A stretch of 64,000 bases of DNA from Bacteroidales bacterium (lineage in GTDB: Bacteria > Bacteroidota > Bacteroidia > Bacteroidales > PWNQ01), in NCBI GenBank assembly GCA_021738505.1, contig JAIPBW010000002.1, forward strand, positions 5,231-69,230. The letters are read 5' to 3'. Both the position numbers and the translations under genes were made by a program. The notes beneath the pieces are model-generated. The model saw only the letters and a list, made by a program, of their open reading frames with translations. It ran no database searches and was not told the origin of the DNA. Shown in pieces: positions 27,867-37,548 of the stretch; position 1 is the stretch's first letter; each line of letters opens with the position of its first letter.

Positions 27867-28883
27867 ATGAATATAGAGACAAATGCTTCTCTGAAAGCAT
27901 ACAATACTTTTGGAATAGATGCCAAAACCCAATATCTGGTCCATATAGATCGAGAAGATACCCTGATAGATTATCTAAATGAGCACGGATTGCAAAAAGA
28001 CAAAACTTTTGTTATGGGAGGAGGTAGTAATGTTTTGTTTACCCGTGATTTTGCCGGTGTAGTATTGAGCGTAGAGCTAAAAGGTATTGATATTATTGAT
28101 GAAGATGAAGATTACGTATATGTAAAAGCATCGGCCGGAGAAGAATGGGATGATTTAGTGCGGTTTGCAGTTGAACGGAATCTGGGAGGACTTGAAAATC
28201 TATCTCTTATTCCGGGAAATGTAGGAGCTGCTCCTGTCCAAAATATCGGAGCATATGGCGTAGAGCAGAAGGATCATTTCTTTGGCCTGGAGGCGATCTC
28301 CATTCGTGAACAGGAAAAGCGAAAGTTTTCAAAACAAGATTGCAAGTTTGATTATAGAAACAGCATCTTTAAACAAGAATATGCCAGGCAGTATATTATT
28401 ACTTCGGTTACTTACAGGCTGGATAAAAAGCCCGTTCTCAAAACAGATTATGGCGCCATACAGACAGAGTTGGAGGCTATGAAAATTAAGAGTCCCGGAG
28501 TGAAAGATGTGGCGAAGGCAGTCAGCAATATTAGAAAACGAAAACTGCCTGATCCTGAAAAAACTGGGAATGCAGGGAGCTTCTTTAAAAATCCGGTGGT
28601 TTCTAAAGAAACTCATGACAGGCTGAAAGAAGAATATCCCGGACTGGTATCTTTTCCGATCGATGAAGAACATTATAAACTTGCTGCCGGTTGGATGATC
28701 GAATACTGTGGATGGAAGGGAGAATCGGTCGGGCATGCTTCAGTGCACCAGCATCAAGCCCTGGTTTTGATCAACCTGGGAAAAGCAAAAGGCAATGAAG
28801 TTGTTCATTTATCCCGCATGATACGCATGTCCATTGAAAATGAATTTGGAATTAAACTGGAATACGAAGTAATAATACTGTAA
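27867..28883 (+). CDS. murB: UDP-N-acetylenolpyruvoylglucosamine reductase
   Basis: LKAYNTFGIDA...GGGSNVLF...GNVGAAPVQNIGAYG...GSFFKNP are MurB motifs. Confidence 0.9.
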   Translation: MNIETNASLKAYNTFGIDAKTQYLVHIDREDTLIDYLNEHGLQKDKTFVMGGGSNVLFTRDFAGVVLSVELKGIDIIDEDEDYVYVKASAGEEWDDLVRFAVERNLGGLENLSLIPGNVGAAPVQNIGAYGVEQKDHFFGLEAISIREQEKRKFSKQDCKFDYRNSIFKQEYARQYIITSVTYRLDKKPVLKTDYGAIQTELEAMKIKSPGVKDVAKAVSNIRKRKLPDPEKTGNAGSFFKNPVVSKETHDRLKEEYPGLVSFPIDEEHYKLAAGWMIEYCGWKGESVGHASVHQHQALVLINLGKAKGNEVVHLSRMIRMSIENEFGIKLEYEVIIL

Positions 28884-28885
28884 AA

Positions 28886-29776
28886 ATGGTTTTCTCAGAT
28901 GATTTTTTATTCTTAGCCATAGCCACTGTAATTATGGTTTTTGTCGTTTGGGTTTTGCGGCGACTTATGAGCAAAGCAGAAAAACGACGACTAAATCGTG
29001 TGGATGATGTGGATGACTTTGAAGCAGTACCCACGAATTCACCCCACAGGAACAAGCGAAGGAAAGCGAAAGAAATTGCACTTATAAGCATTGGAGCCCG
29101 GTTTACAATTATGCGGCGGATCATTATCGCTACGGGCATCATAGCTTATTTGTTTATTGTTGTTTTGATTTTCTTTGACCGGATACCGGTGACAGTAGCT
29201 TCTTTGATGGCATCAGCAGCAGCGATTATTATTGGTATTGCGGCACGACCATACATAGAAAATGTAATTTCCGGGTTTGTTATTTCTTTTGCTGATCATT
29301 TTCATACGGGAGATACAGTAGTTATTGACGGGAATTATGGAACCATAGAAGATATATCTATTTCTCATACAATTATCAAAATATGGGATTGGCGCAGGTA
29401 TGTAATTCCTAATAGCCGAATGTTGCAGAAGGATTACATTAATTATTCTCATCCGGATCAATACTATTGGGCTCAAATAAAATTCCATGTTGCTTATGGT
29501 ACGGATCTGGATAAAGTAAAGTCTCTGGCTGTAGAGATAGTTAAGAAAAACCCTTATTTCGGAGGCTATGAAAAGCCCAGGTTTTGGATCATGGAAATGA
29601 GTGAAACCTCAATGGAATGCTGGATTGTTGCCTGGGCAAATTCCCCAACAGAAGCCTGGAATCTAAAAACAGAAGTACGCACTGAATTAATTCGGGCTTT
29701 CCAGCGAGAAGGTATAAAAACCCACTTCCAAAATGTTAGTTTTGAAAATAATGGAAGCTCAAAAACAGAAGCTTAA
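28886..29776 (+). CDS. Mechanosensitive ion channel family protein (MscS-like)
   Basis: Transmembrane helices are followed by GDTVVIDGNYGTIEDISISHTIIKIWDWRRYVIPNS. Confidence 0.8.
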   Translation: MVFSDDFLFLAIATVIMVFVVWVLRRLMSKAEKRRLNRVDDVDDFEAVPTNSPHRNKRRKAKEIALISIGARFTIMRRIIIATGIIAYLFIVVLIFFDRIPVTVASLMASAAAIIIGIAARPYIENVISGFVISFADHFHTGDTVVIDGNYGTIEDISISHTIIKIWDWRRYVIPNSRMLQKDYINYSHPDQYYWAQIKFHVAYGTDLDKVKSLAVEIVKKNPYFGGYEKPRFWIMEMSETSMECWIVAWANSPTEAWNLKTEVRTELIRAFQREGIKTHFQNVSFENNGSSKTEA

Positions 29777-29783
29777 CTTTTTA

Positions 29784-30785
29784 TTATAAACTTTCCGGGT
29801 TTAATTTTTTCCAGATCGTATCTTTAAGTTCAGTAATACCCTGATTTGCCAGGGAAGAGATAAATACAAAGGGCATTCCTTTAGGGAGTTCAGCCTGTAT
29901 CCAGGTTTTGAGTTCATCATCCAGCAAATCGGATTTGCTAATGGCCAATATCCTTTCTTTGTCAAGTAGTTCTGGATTGTATTTCTTCAACTCATTTTCA
30001 AGGATATGATATTCGCTGGTGATACTTTTCACATCAGCAGGTACCATAAACAAGAGGACAGAATTTCTTTCTATATGGCGCAGAAAACGCAACCCGATGC
30101 CTTTTCCCAGGTGTGCTCCTTCAATAATTCCCGGTATATCAGCCATCACAAAAGACCGATTATCGCGATAGGCCACCATTCCCAGATTGGGTGTAATGGT
30201 CGTAAACGGATAATCTGCAATTTCCGGCTTAGCAGCCGAAACAACAGACAAAAGAGTGGATTTTCCTGCGTTGGGAAAGCCAACAAGGCCTACGTCCGCC
30301 AACAATTTGAGCTCCAGTACTATGTTTTGCTCCTGGCCGGGTTCGCCAGGCTGAGCGTACCGCGGGGTCTGATTTGTCGATGACTTAAAATGATCATTGC
30401 CTAAACCGCCACGACCGCCAGTAAGCAACACGATTTCATTTTGGTGTTCTGTTACTTCTCCGATAACTTCTCCTGTATCTGCATCTTTGGCAACTGTTCC
30501 CGGTGGTACCTCAATAATCTGATCTTCACCTTTAGCTCCGTGTTTCCGACTGGATCCTCCGGATTTTCCGTTCTCCGCAAAAATGTGTTTGCTATATCTC
30601 AAATGCAACAGAGTCCAAAGGTTTCTGTTTGCTTTCAGAATAACATGTCCACCGCGTCCACCATCACCTCCGTCAGGGCCACCCTTGGGAATGGAGCGTC
30701 CACGGTAAAAATGTGTGGATCCGGCACCGCCTTTGCCGCTTCGGCATTCTATTTTGACATGATCTACAAAGTTAGGACTGCCCAT
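29784..30785 (-). CDS. obg: GTPase Obg/CgtA
   Basis: The Obg fold shows in [21 protein letters not shown] and GGDGGRGG. G1 is GFPNAGKST and G3 is DIPG. Confidence 0.92.
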   Translation of the reverse strand: MGSPNFVDHVKIECRSGKGGAGSTHFYRGRSIPKGGPDGGDGGRGGHVILKANRNLWTLLHLRYSKHIFAENGKSGGSSRKHGAKGEDQIIEVPPGTVAKDADTGEVIGEVTEHQNEIVLLTGGRGGLGNDHFKSSTNQTPRYAQPGEPGQEQNIVLELKLLADVGLVGFPNAGKSTLLSVVSAAKPEIADYPFTTITPNLGMVAYRDNRSFVMADIPGIIEGAHLGKGIGLRFLRHIERNSVLLFMVPADVKSITSEYHILENELKKYNPELLDKERILAISKSDLLDDELKTWIQAELPKGMPFVFISSLANQGITELKDTIWKKLNPESL

Positions 30786-30797
30786 AAGTTTATTGTA

Positions 30798-31379
30798 TTA
30801 GTGTTCGTGCTTATATTGATCAATGACAGCACAAAGCCGTTGAAATACCGTTTCTACGCTTGCCATGCCACTGATGCTTTCGTATTTTCCCTGTTTCTGG
30901 TAATATTCTATAACAGGGTAAGTCTGCTGATGGTAAATTTTCATGCGATTGTGAATAATTTTTTCATCATCATCATCTCTTGTAGATGTTCTGCTTCGGT
31001 GTTTTATTCTATTTATAAGTTCTTCTTCTTCTACTTCTATTCCAATGACCAGGTTAACCTTAATTCCTTTTTTATTCATCATCCGGTCAAGCATAATCGC
31101 TTGGTTTAATGTGCGTGGAAAGCCATCAAAGATGATGCCCGGATCATTGATGTGCTTCGAGGCATGTTTGTATAAAAGACGCAATGTAATGGCATCTGGT
31201 ACTAACTGCCCTTTAGAAATATATCTGTTTGCTTCTTTCCCTACCGGACTTTGGATTTGTATTTCATGCCGAAAAAGATCGCCTGTTGAAAGGTGTACTA
31301 ATCCGTATTGCTTAGCTATATTAGCTGATTGCGTACCTTTTCCCGAACCCGGAGGACCAAAAATTACAATATTAAACAT
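30798..31379 (-). CDS. adk: Adenylate kinase, short-LID type (standalone module)
   Basis: The P-loop is GPPGSGKGT, with STGDLFR, DGFPRT and RDDD in the LID region. The protein is 193 aa. Confidence 0.85.
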   Translation of the reverse strand: MFNIVIFGPPGSGKGTQSANIAKQYGLVHLSTGDLFRHEIQIQSPVGKEANRYISKGQLVPDAITLRLLYKHASKHINDPGIIFDGFPRTLNQAIMLDRMMNKKGIKVNLVIGIEVEEEELINRIKHRSRTSTRDDDDEKIIHNRMKIYHQQTYPVIEYYQKQGKYESISGMASVETVFQRLCAVIDQYKHEH

Positions 31380-31590
31380 AAACTTGTATTATGAGCTCAA
31401 ATGTATGAAAATCAATTATTTAATTGAGTGTTAAATCCAGCCTTACGTGTAATTTGTTTCTAAATCAAATGTTATTTTGGAAAAATCAATTAAAAACAAA
31501 CAATTAGTAAAATTGCAGGCTGGAATACTACAAAAATAATCAATATTTGGTTAGTCTGGGTTTATTTCCTTAAAAAAAGGCTTTACTATC

Positions 31591-32760
31591 TTATCTTACT
31601 TTTGTTGAAAGGTGCTCTATTTGTGAGCTAAGTCGTTGAAAGACATCTTCGGTACTTCCGGTTCCATCTACCGAATAGTGTTTGTTCATCTTCTTGTAGA
31701 AATCAGCTACAGGAACTGTTTTATTTTCATACATTTTCATCCGGTGAAGGATAACATCAACCGACATATCATAAGCTCTTCCTTGAGGTGTTTTGCTTCT
31801 GGCGTTCAGCCGGTCCATAAGTTCAAATGCGGGAACATTGATTTCAAGCATGCATGATACCGAGGAGTTTAACTTTCGAAGTAATCCATCCAGGATGTAG
31901 GCCTGAACAATAGTTCGTGGAAATCCTTTAAAAATAAAACCATTAGAATCTTTATGTTGTTTTATCTTGGATTCGATCAGAGGCAGAGTTAGTTCATCCG
32001 GAACAATTCCGCCAACTTCCATAATGGGAGCGGCTTTTTTTCCAATCTCTGTTCCTTTTTTGATTTCTTCACGGAGCATTTTTCCTGAAGAAATATAAGT
32101 CAGATTGTATTTCTCTGCCAACAGTTTTGCCTGTGTTCCTTTTCCGGAGCCGGGATATCCTAACAATACGATGTTTAGCCATTCTTTTTTTAAGGTTGCC
32201 TTCACCTGATTGCGCAATCTTGTTTGGATTTCCTCCATAGTACCCATCCCGTCAATGGCATAAAACTGTCCTTTCTCTTTGTAAAACTTTTTTAGAGGAG
32301 CTGTTTTATTATCGTATTCTTTTAGCCGGGTCTCGATTACTTTGGCATTATCGTCGGCCCTGCCTGAATTTTTACCTCGTTCAAGCATACGTCGTTTTAA
32401 TTCATCGCGGTCTACTTCAAGAGCAATAACGGCAGTTAAAGAGGTATTTAATTTTAACAAAAGACCTTCTAGTATATATGCCTGAACAAGTGTTCGGGGA
32501 AATCCGTCAAACAAAAAACCTTCTACATCCGGGTTGGCACGTATTTTCTTTTCAATGAGTTTAACAATGATCTCGTCTGATACAAGCTCCCCTCGTTCTA
32601 TTGTTGACTTGGCTTCCTGGCCTAATTCCGTCCCTTCATTAATTTCTTTACGCAACATATCGCCTGTAGCAATATAAGCCAGATTGTAATATTCAATTAG
32701 TTTTTGCGATTGGGTGCCTTTTCCCGCTCCGGGAGGGCCAAAGAGAGCTATGTTTAACAT
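31591..32760 (-). CDS. Tandem adenylate kinase: two complete Adk modules fused head-to-tail
   Basis: Module 1 (aa 1 to about 193) has GPPGAGKGT, ATGDMLR, DGFPRT and GRADDN. Module 2 (aa about 194-389) has GYPGSGKGT, SSGKMLR, KGFPRT and GRAYD. It is a single uninterrupted 389-aa ORF. Confidence 0.8.
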   Translation of the reverse strand: MLNIALFGPPGAGKGTQSQKLIEYYNLAYIATGDMLRKEINEGTELGQEAKSTIERGELVSDEIIVKLIEKKIRANPDVEGFLFDGFPRTLVQAYILEGLLLKLNTSLTAVIALEVDRDELKRRMLERGKNSGRADDNAKVIETRLKEYDNKTAPLKKFYKEKGQFYAIDGMGTMEEIQTRLRNQVKATLKKEWLNIVLLGYPGSGKGTQAKLLAEKYNLTYISSGKMLREEIKKGTEIGKKAAPIMEVGGIVPDELTLPLIESKIKQHKDSNGFIFKGFPRTIVQAYILDGLLRKLNSSVSCMLEINVPAFELMDRLNARSKTPQGRAYDMSVDVILHRMKMYENKTVPVADFYKKMNKHYSVDGTGSTEDVFQRLSSQIEHLSTKVR

Positions 32761-32841
32761 GGAATTACTTTTTTTACCTTAGTACTTAACAAATTTTTTA
32801 TGTTGATGTTCAATTAAGTAGAAGATTCAGATATCTTCGGA

Positions 32842-33384
32842 TTATTCATTTTCAATCACTTTGTAAATATTGGCAAAGTTTCGGCCATGCCCATCATAAT
32901 CGAGACCATAACCTACAACAAATTCATTATGTATCGGGAGGCCGACATAATGGATTGGATAATCTTTTTGAAAAGCCTCTGGCTTGAACAGTAATGTTGC
33001 AAGACGAATAGAGGCCGGTTCTTGCTTGATGAGCGTATTTTGTAAATGTTCTAGTGTGATGCCTGTATCTATAATGTCTTCCAAAATGATGATATGACGA
33101 CCTTTTATGTTTTCTTTCATGCCAATTAGCTCTTTTACCTGATTGGTTGTTTTAGTCCCCTGATAAGACGCCAGGCGCGTAAAACTAATTTCGCAAGGCA
33201 TACTCATCTCTTTAAACAGGTCAGCCGCAAACATAAATGCTCCGTTTAGGATAACTAAAAACAGCGGATCTTTTTCTTCCATATCTGTTTCTATCTCTTC
33301 CGCCATCCGTTTGATCGTTGATTCTATCTTTTCACGAGACAGATATATTTTAAACTCTTTGTCTTTTATCCGGACCTTATCCAT
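32842..33384 (-). CDS. hpt: Hypoxanthine phosphoribosyltransferase
   Basis: The PRPP motif is HIIILEDIIDTGITL, with the Hpt-type C-terminus VGYGLDYDGHGRN. Confidence 0.9.
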   Translation of the reverse strand: MDKVRIKDKEFKIYLSREKIESTIKRMAEEIETDMEEKDPLFLVILNGAFMFAADLFKEMSMPCEISFTRLASYQGTKTTNQVKELIGMKENIKGRHIIILEDIIDTGITLEHLQNTLIKQEPASIRLATLLFKPEAFQKDYPIHYVGLPIHNEFVVGYGLDYDGHGRNFANIYKVIENE

Positions 33385-33779
33385 AATTATTTGTTTTTTA
33401 AATAGATGTTATAAACCTTTTTGGCATTTACGATTATGCCTTAAAGCGGCTTGTTTTAATAGAAAAAAATTGCTGAAAACAACATAATATGTAGATTAAA
33501 ACAATTTGCAAGGATAAATATTTTTTTTAAATCCAAGATGAAATTTTGGGATTTACTTCTTCATAGATTTGAAGGATATATTGTATTTTTGTTTCGGAAT
33601 TAGAGATATAGTAAAACAAAAAACAGTTAAAGTATAACTAATGGTTGATGTTTTCTTTCGTCAGATTATCAATAGGTTAAGTTTGTTTGATGTTTGTGAA
33701 GATTAATAAGAAGCAATAACCTCCAATGTCTTAGCTTCCTAAAAAGTTTGAAATAATAACCTATATAAAAATAAATTTT

Positions 33780-34286
33780 ATGAATCCAAGAGTAAGTATT
33801 ATTATGGGAAGTACTTCAGACCTGACCGTTATGGAAAAGGCAGCCGAAGTACTAAACGAAATGGAAATTCCATTTGAAATCAATGCCTTGTCGGCACATC
33901 GTACACCTGAAGCTGTGGAAGAGTTTGCTAACAATGCCCACGGGCGTGGAATTAAGGTCATTATTGCCGGAGCTGGCATGGCTGCTCATTTGCCTGGCGT
34001 TATTGCTGCTATGACGCCTGTTCCGGTAATAGGAGTGCCTATTAAAGCATCGCTGGATGGAATGGATGCTTTACTTTCTATTGCTCAGATGCCTCCGGGG
34101 ATTCCTGTGGCTACCGTTGGAATAAACGGAGCGAAAAATGCCGGTCTGCTAGCAGTGCAAATGATGGCGACGGGAGATGAAGCTTTGTATGAAAAGTTTA
34201 AAGAGAACAAGAAAGCCCTGAAGCAAAAAATCGAGAAAGCAAACAAAGAATTAAAAGACATCAATTATAAGTTTAAGACAAACTAG
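33780..34286 (+). CDS. purE: 5-(carboxyamino)imidazole ribonucleotide mutase
   Basis: [11 protein letters not shown]...SAHRTP...[14 protein letters not shown] is a canonical PurE pattern. Confidence 0.92.
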   Translation: MNPRVSIIMGSTSDLTVMEKAAEVLNEMEIPFEINALSAHRTPEAVEEFANNAHGRGIKVIIAGAGMAAHLPGVIAAMTPVPVIGVPIKASLDGMDALLSIAQMPPGIPVATVGINGAKNAGLLAVQMMATGDEALYEKFKENKKALKQKIEKANKELKDINYKFKTN

Positions 34287-34295
34287 GTTTTGTTC

Positions 34296-34359
34296 AGGCT
34301 ATAAGGCTTTTAAGGAAGGGTTGTGCTTTTACTTTTCCTGAGGTCTTATAGCCTTTTTT
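34296..34359 (+). terminator. Rho-independent terminator of purE (long hairpin)
   Basis: AGGCTATAAG (34296-34305) pairs perfectly with CTTATAGCCT (34345-34354) and is followed by TTTTT. Confidence 0.65.
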
Positions 34360-34532
34360 ATGCAAGGGATGAAAACAATCCTGGCAATTAATATCTTTTT
34401 CCTTCCCTTTTAATGTAAAGAGTTTTTTGGTTTTCATCGAAATCATTAAAATTTCTCACATCCAAACTTTTATTTTCTTGTTAAAAATATTATTTTTACA
34501 TTAGTATAGTATTAAATCTCAAATTTTAGTGT

Positions 34533-35360
34533 ATGGTAAAACAATGTCTTTTACTTGTTTTTGTTATTTGTCATTCCGTTCTTTTAGCCCAATACGATGG
34601 AAGTTATGCCGGTGGTCGTCAGGCGGCAATAGGCGGTTCTGCTGTAACTTTGACAGATAGCTGGAGTATTTTAAATAACCCGGCCGGAATGGGAGTCGCT
34701 GATCATATCTCTGCCGGGATTTTTTATGAAACACGATATTCCGTAAATGAGTTCAGTCTGAGGGGAGCAGCATTTCAACTCCCCACGGATATTGGTGCTT
34801 TCGGACTTGCATTTACATATTATGGATACACTATCTACAATGAGAAACGCGTTGTTTTAGGGTATGGTAGGCAATTGATGCCTAAACTCAGGGGCGGTGT
34901 TGGTTTTGAATACTTACATACCCGGATAGAGAATGATTTGTCTGCGGTAAATAGCAGTAAGGGAATTATCACCTTTCAGGCAGGATTGCAGGCTGATTTA
35001 TCTGATAAAATCAAACTGGGTTTTTCGGTTTTTAATCCCTGGGCCGCCAAGCTTTCCGAATATGAAAAAGAAAACATCCCTGCGCTCGCACGTTTGGGGG
35101 TTTCTTACATACCAGATGAAAAGTTTTTACTTCTGATAGAAGCTGAACAAAATTCAGAACATGGATTACGGATAAAAGCAGGTGCAGAATATGAATTGCA
35201 TGAAAAGCTAATTGCACGTGGCGGATTTAAAACAAATCCCGCAGAATATACTTTTGGTGTGGGAACAGAATTTTTGGATATAAAATTTAATATCTCTGTG
35301 GGTTATCACCTGGTTTTGGGCTATTCTCCACATGGTGACTTATTATATGTTTTTGATTGA
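34533..35360 (+). CDS. Small outer-membrane beta-barrel protein (FadL/PorV-like N-terminal motif)
   Basis: It has a signal peptide, GGRQAAIGGSAVTLTDSWSILNNPAGMG, alternating beta strands and a C-terminal aromatic end (LLYVFD). Confidence 0.55.
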   Translation: MVKQCLLLVFVICHSVLLAQYDGSYAGGRQAAIGGSAVTLTDSWSILNNPAGMGVADHISAGIFYETRYSVNEFSLRGAAFQLPTDIGAFGLAFTYYGYTIYNEKRVVLGYGRQLMPKLRGGVGFEYLHTRIENDLSAVNSSKGIITFQAGLQADLSDKIKLGFSVFNPWAAKLSEYEKENIPALARLGVSYIPDEKFLLLIEAEQNSEHGLRIKAGAEYELHEKLIARGGFKTNPAEYTFGVGTEFLDIKFNISVGYHLVLGYSPHGDLLYVFD

Positions 35361-37456
35361 TGAGAAAACCGGTGTTCAAATATCACTATTTTTTACTCCT
35401 GTGTCTTTTCTTTTGCTTTGCCGGAATAAGTAAAGCGCAAGAAAGACAAGGAGAACTTCCGCTAAGTATCCAACAAATAATCGAAGATCATGCTGAAGAA
35501 CAGGATGAACAAATCGATTATTCCCGTTTGATAGAAGAATTACAATATCTGATGAGTAATCCCCTGAATATAAATGCTGCTGATGAAGAAGATTTTCAAT
35601 ATTTTATTTTTCTGAATGAATTACAGATTCAGGATATTCTCCGGCAACGGAAACGATTGGGGGAATTTAAAAATATGTTTCAACTTCAGCTAGTGGAATC
35701 TCTAACATACAGAGATATCCAAAATCTTAGTCATTTTGTGTATGCCGGTGAAATTAAAGAGAAAGCAAAGGATAAACTGACTCGATCATTAAAGTACGGG
35801 CGTCATGATGTATTTATGCGATATGAACGAACCATTGAAACCCGTCAGGGATATAAGCCCATTGCGGATTCCGTTTTGAAGAAACATCCCAATAAAAGAT
35901 ATCTTGGAAGTCCCGACAAATATTATTTCAAGTATGCCTATCGGAGTCAAAATATCCGTTGGGGGCTGAATGCAGAAAAAGATGCAGGTGAAGAATTTTT
36001 CAAGGGAACCCAAAAGCAGGGTTTTGACTTTTATTCCGGTTATCTGATGTTAGAAGATTTGGCATGGGTAGATAAAATAGTACTAGGGGATTACAATGTG
36101 GAAACAGGGCAGGGGTTGTCAATGTGGTCGGGTTTGTCATTTGGCAAGTCTTCTAATGTAATTTCTGTCCGAAAGCAGGCGAAAGGATTAAAACCAAGTA
36201 CTTCCATGAATGAATTTGGTTTTCTGAGAGGTATTGCCTTAGAGCGTAAATTCGGACCCGTTAAAACGACTTTGTTTTATTCCCGTGCGATGCGGGATGC
36301 AAATGCTGTAGAAATTGATTCAGTTGAGGGATTTTCAGCTGTTCGTACGCTTCAGGAAACAGGTTATCATTACACCCAATCTTTGGTTGATAACAAAAAC
36401 CTTGTTGAAGAACAAATGGCAGGTGGGAATGTGAGCACGCGGCTGGGAAATTTTAAGATCGGAGCTACAGCGTATTATTTTTCATTGAACATACCCCTGG
36501 AGCAAAGCAACAGGCTTTACAAGAAATTTGACTTTATCGGAACAGAAAGAGTGGTTAGTAGCCTGGATTATGAGTTTAATCTCAAAGATTTTATTTTGTT
36601 TGGAGAAACAGGATATACGGATAATGGTAGCTGGGGGACTTTAAATGGTTTTATTTTCCGGCCCGCCAGCGGTGTCTATTTAAGTGTACTCCATAGAAAT
36701 TATCAGAAAGATTTTCAAAATATTAAAGGAGGAGCCTTTAGTGAGAACAGCAGTAATCAGAATGAAAAAGGGTTATATGGAGGTTTACAAGTGCAATTGA
36801 ACTCTGAGATTGAGCTGAATGGCTATGCTGATCATTTTGAATTTGACTGGCTTAACTATAGAATTGATGCCCCTTCGCAGGGAAGCGAGTATATGGTGCA
36901 ACTTGATTATGAGCCATCCCGGAAATGGAGTACATATTTAAGATATCGTTATGAAGGAAAAAAACAAAATTTATCTAATCAAGATGATTATATTAATCAC
37001 TATGCGGATCGCGAGCGTGAAGGTTTTCGTGTGAATTTTTCATGGAAGGCGGCTTCGTTTTTGAAATTTAATAACAGAGTAGAATGGTCAAGGATGACTA
37101 TCGACAAGGATAATCCCGAAGATGGCTGGTTAGTGTATCAGGATGTTCTTTTAAGACCCAAAGAAAAACCATATATGCTTTCCTTTCGATATGCATTATT
37201 TCAAACGGATTCATACAATGCCCGGCTGTATGCCTATGAGCATGATGTGTTATATGCTTTTTCTATCCCGGCGTATGCATATAATGGTTTTAGAACCTAT
37301 CTTGTTTTTAAATATGAGGTAAAAGAAAATATGGATTTCTGGATTAAAGTTGCAAGAAGTCAATATGTTGACAGGCAGTTTATAGGAAATGGTTTAACAC
37401 GGATAGATAATCCGCATAAAACAGATGTCAAATTGCAAATTCGGATTAAATTTTAA
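35357..37456 (+). CDS. Helix-hairpin-helix (ComEA-like) domain protein with a large C-terminal beta-barrel-like region
   Basis: A signal peptide is followed by NPLNINAADEEDFQYFIFLNELQIQDILRQRKRLGEFKNMFQL (ComEA-type HhH pattern). The long beta-rich C-terminus ends in ...KLQIRIKF. A 4-nt overlap (ATGA) joins it to the upstream barrel gene. Confidence 0.65.
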   Translation: MMRKPVFKYHYFLLLCLFFCFAGISKAQERQGELPLSIQQIIEDHAEEQDEQIDYSRLIEELQYLMSNPLNINAADEEDFQYFIFLNELQIQDILRQRKRLGEFKNMFQLQLVESLTYRDIQNLSHFVYAGEIKEKAKDKLTRSLKYGRHDVFMRYERTIETRQGYKPIADSVLKKHPNKRYLGSPDKYYFKYAYRSQNIRWGLNAEKDAGEEFFKGTQKQGFDFYSGYLMLEDLAWVDKIVLGDYNVETGQGLSMWSGLSFGKSSNVISVRKQAKGLKPSTSMNEFGFLRGIALERKFGPVKTTLFYSRAMRDANAVEIDSVEGFSAVRTLQETGYHYTQSLVDNKNLVEEQMAGGNVSTRLGNFKIGATAYYFSLNIPLEQSNRLYKKFDFIGTERVVSSLDYEFNLKDFILFGETGYTDNGSWGTLNGFIFRPASGVYLSVLHRNYQKDFQNIKGGAFSENSSNQNEKGLYGGLQVQLNSEIELNGYADHFEFDWLNYRIDAPSQGSEYMVQLDYEPSRKWSTYLRYRYEGKKQNLSNQDDYINHYADREREGFRVNFSWKAASFLKFNNRVEWSRMTIDKDNPEDGWLVYQDVLLRPKEKPYMLSFRYALFQTDSYNARLYAYEHDVLYAFSIPAYAYNGFRTYLVFKYEVKENMDFWIKVARSQYVDRQFIGNGLTRIDNPHKTDVKLQIRIKF

Positions 37457-37485
37457 GCATAATTTGTGGGAGAACGAAATTTACT

Positions 37486-37493
37486 TATTTTTG
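37486..37493 (+). promoter_or_regulatory. -7 box for the POT transporter gene
   Basis: TATTTTTG lies 55 nt before the ATG at 37549. Confidence 0.4.
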
Positions 37494-37548
37494 TGCCATT
37501 AATTCGAGAAATAAGCAAGAAATCAATTAATAATTAAAAAATTAAATT

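Noticed and set aside
30441-31109. Long antisense or shadow ORFs appear here and at 834-1376, 17647-18006, 38727-39221, 50962-51534, 54022-54273, 58191-58634 and elsewhere.
   Set aside because: Each lies entirely opposite a confidently identified gene. The translations are compositionally odd (runs of F, L, S and I or of R, S and P), as expected for shadow frames.
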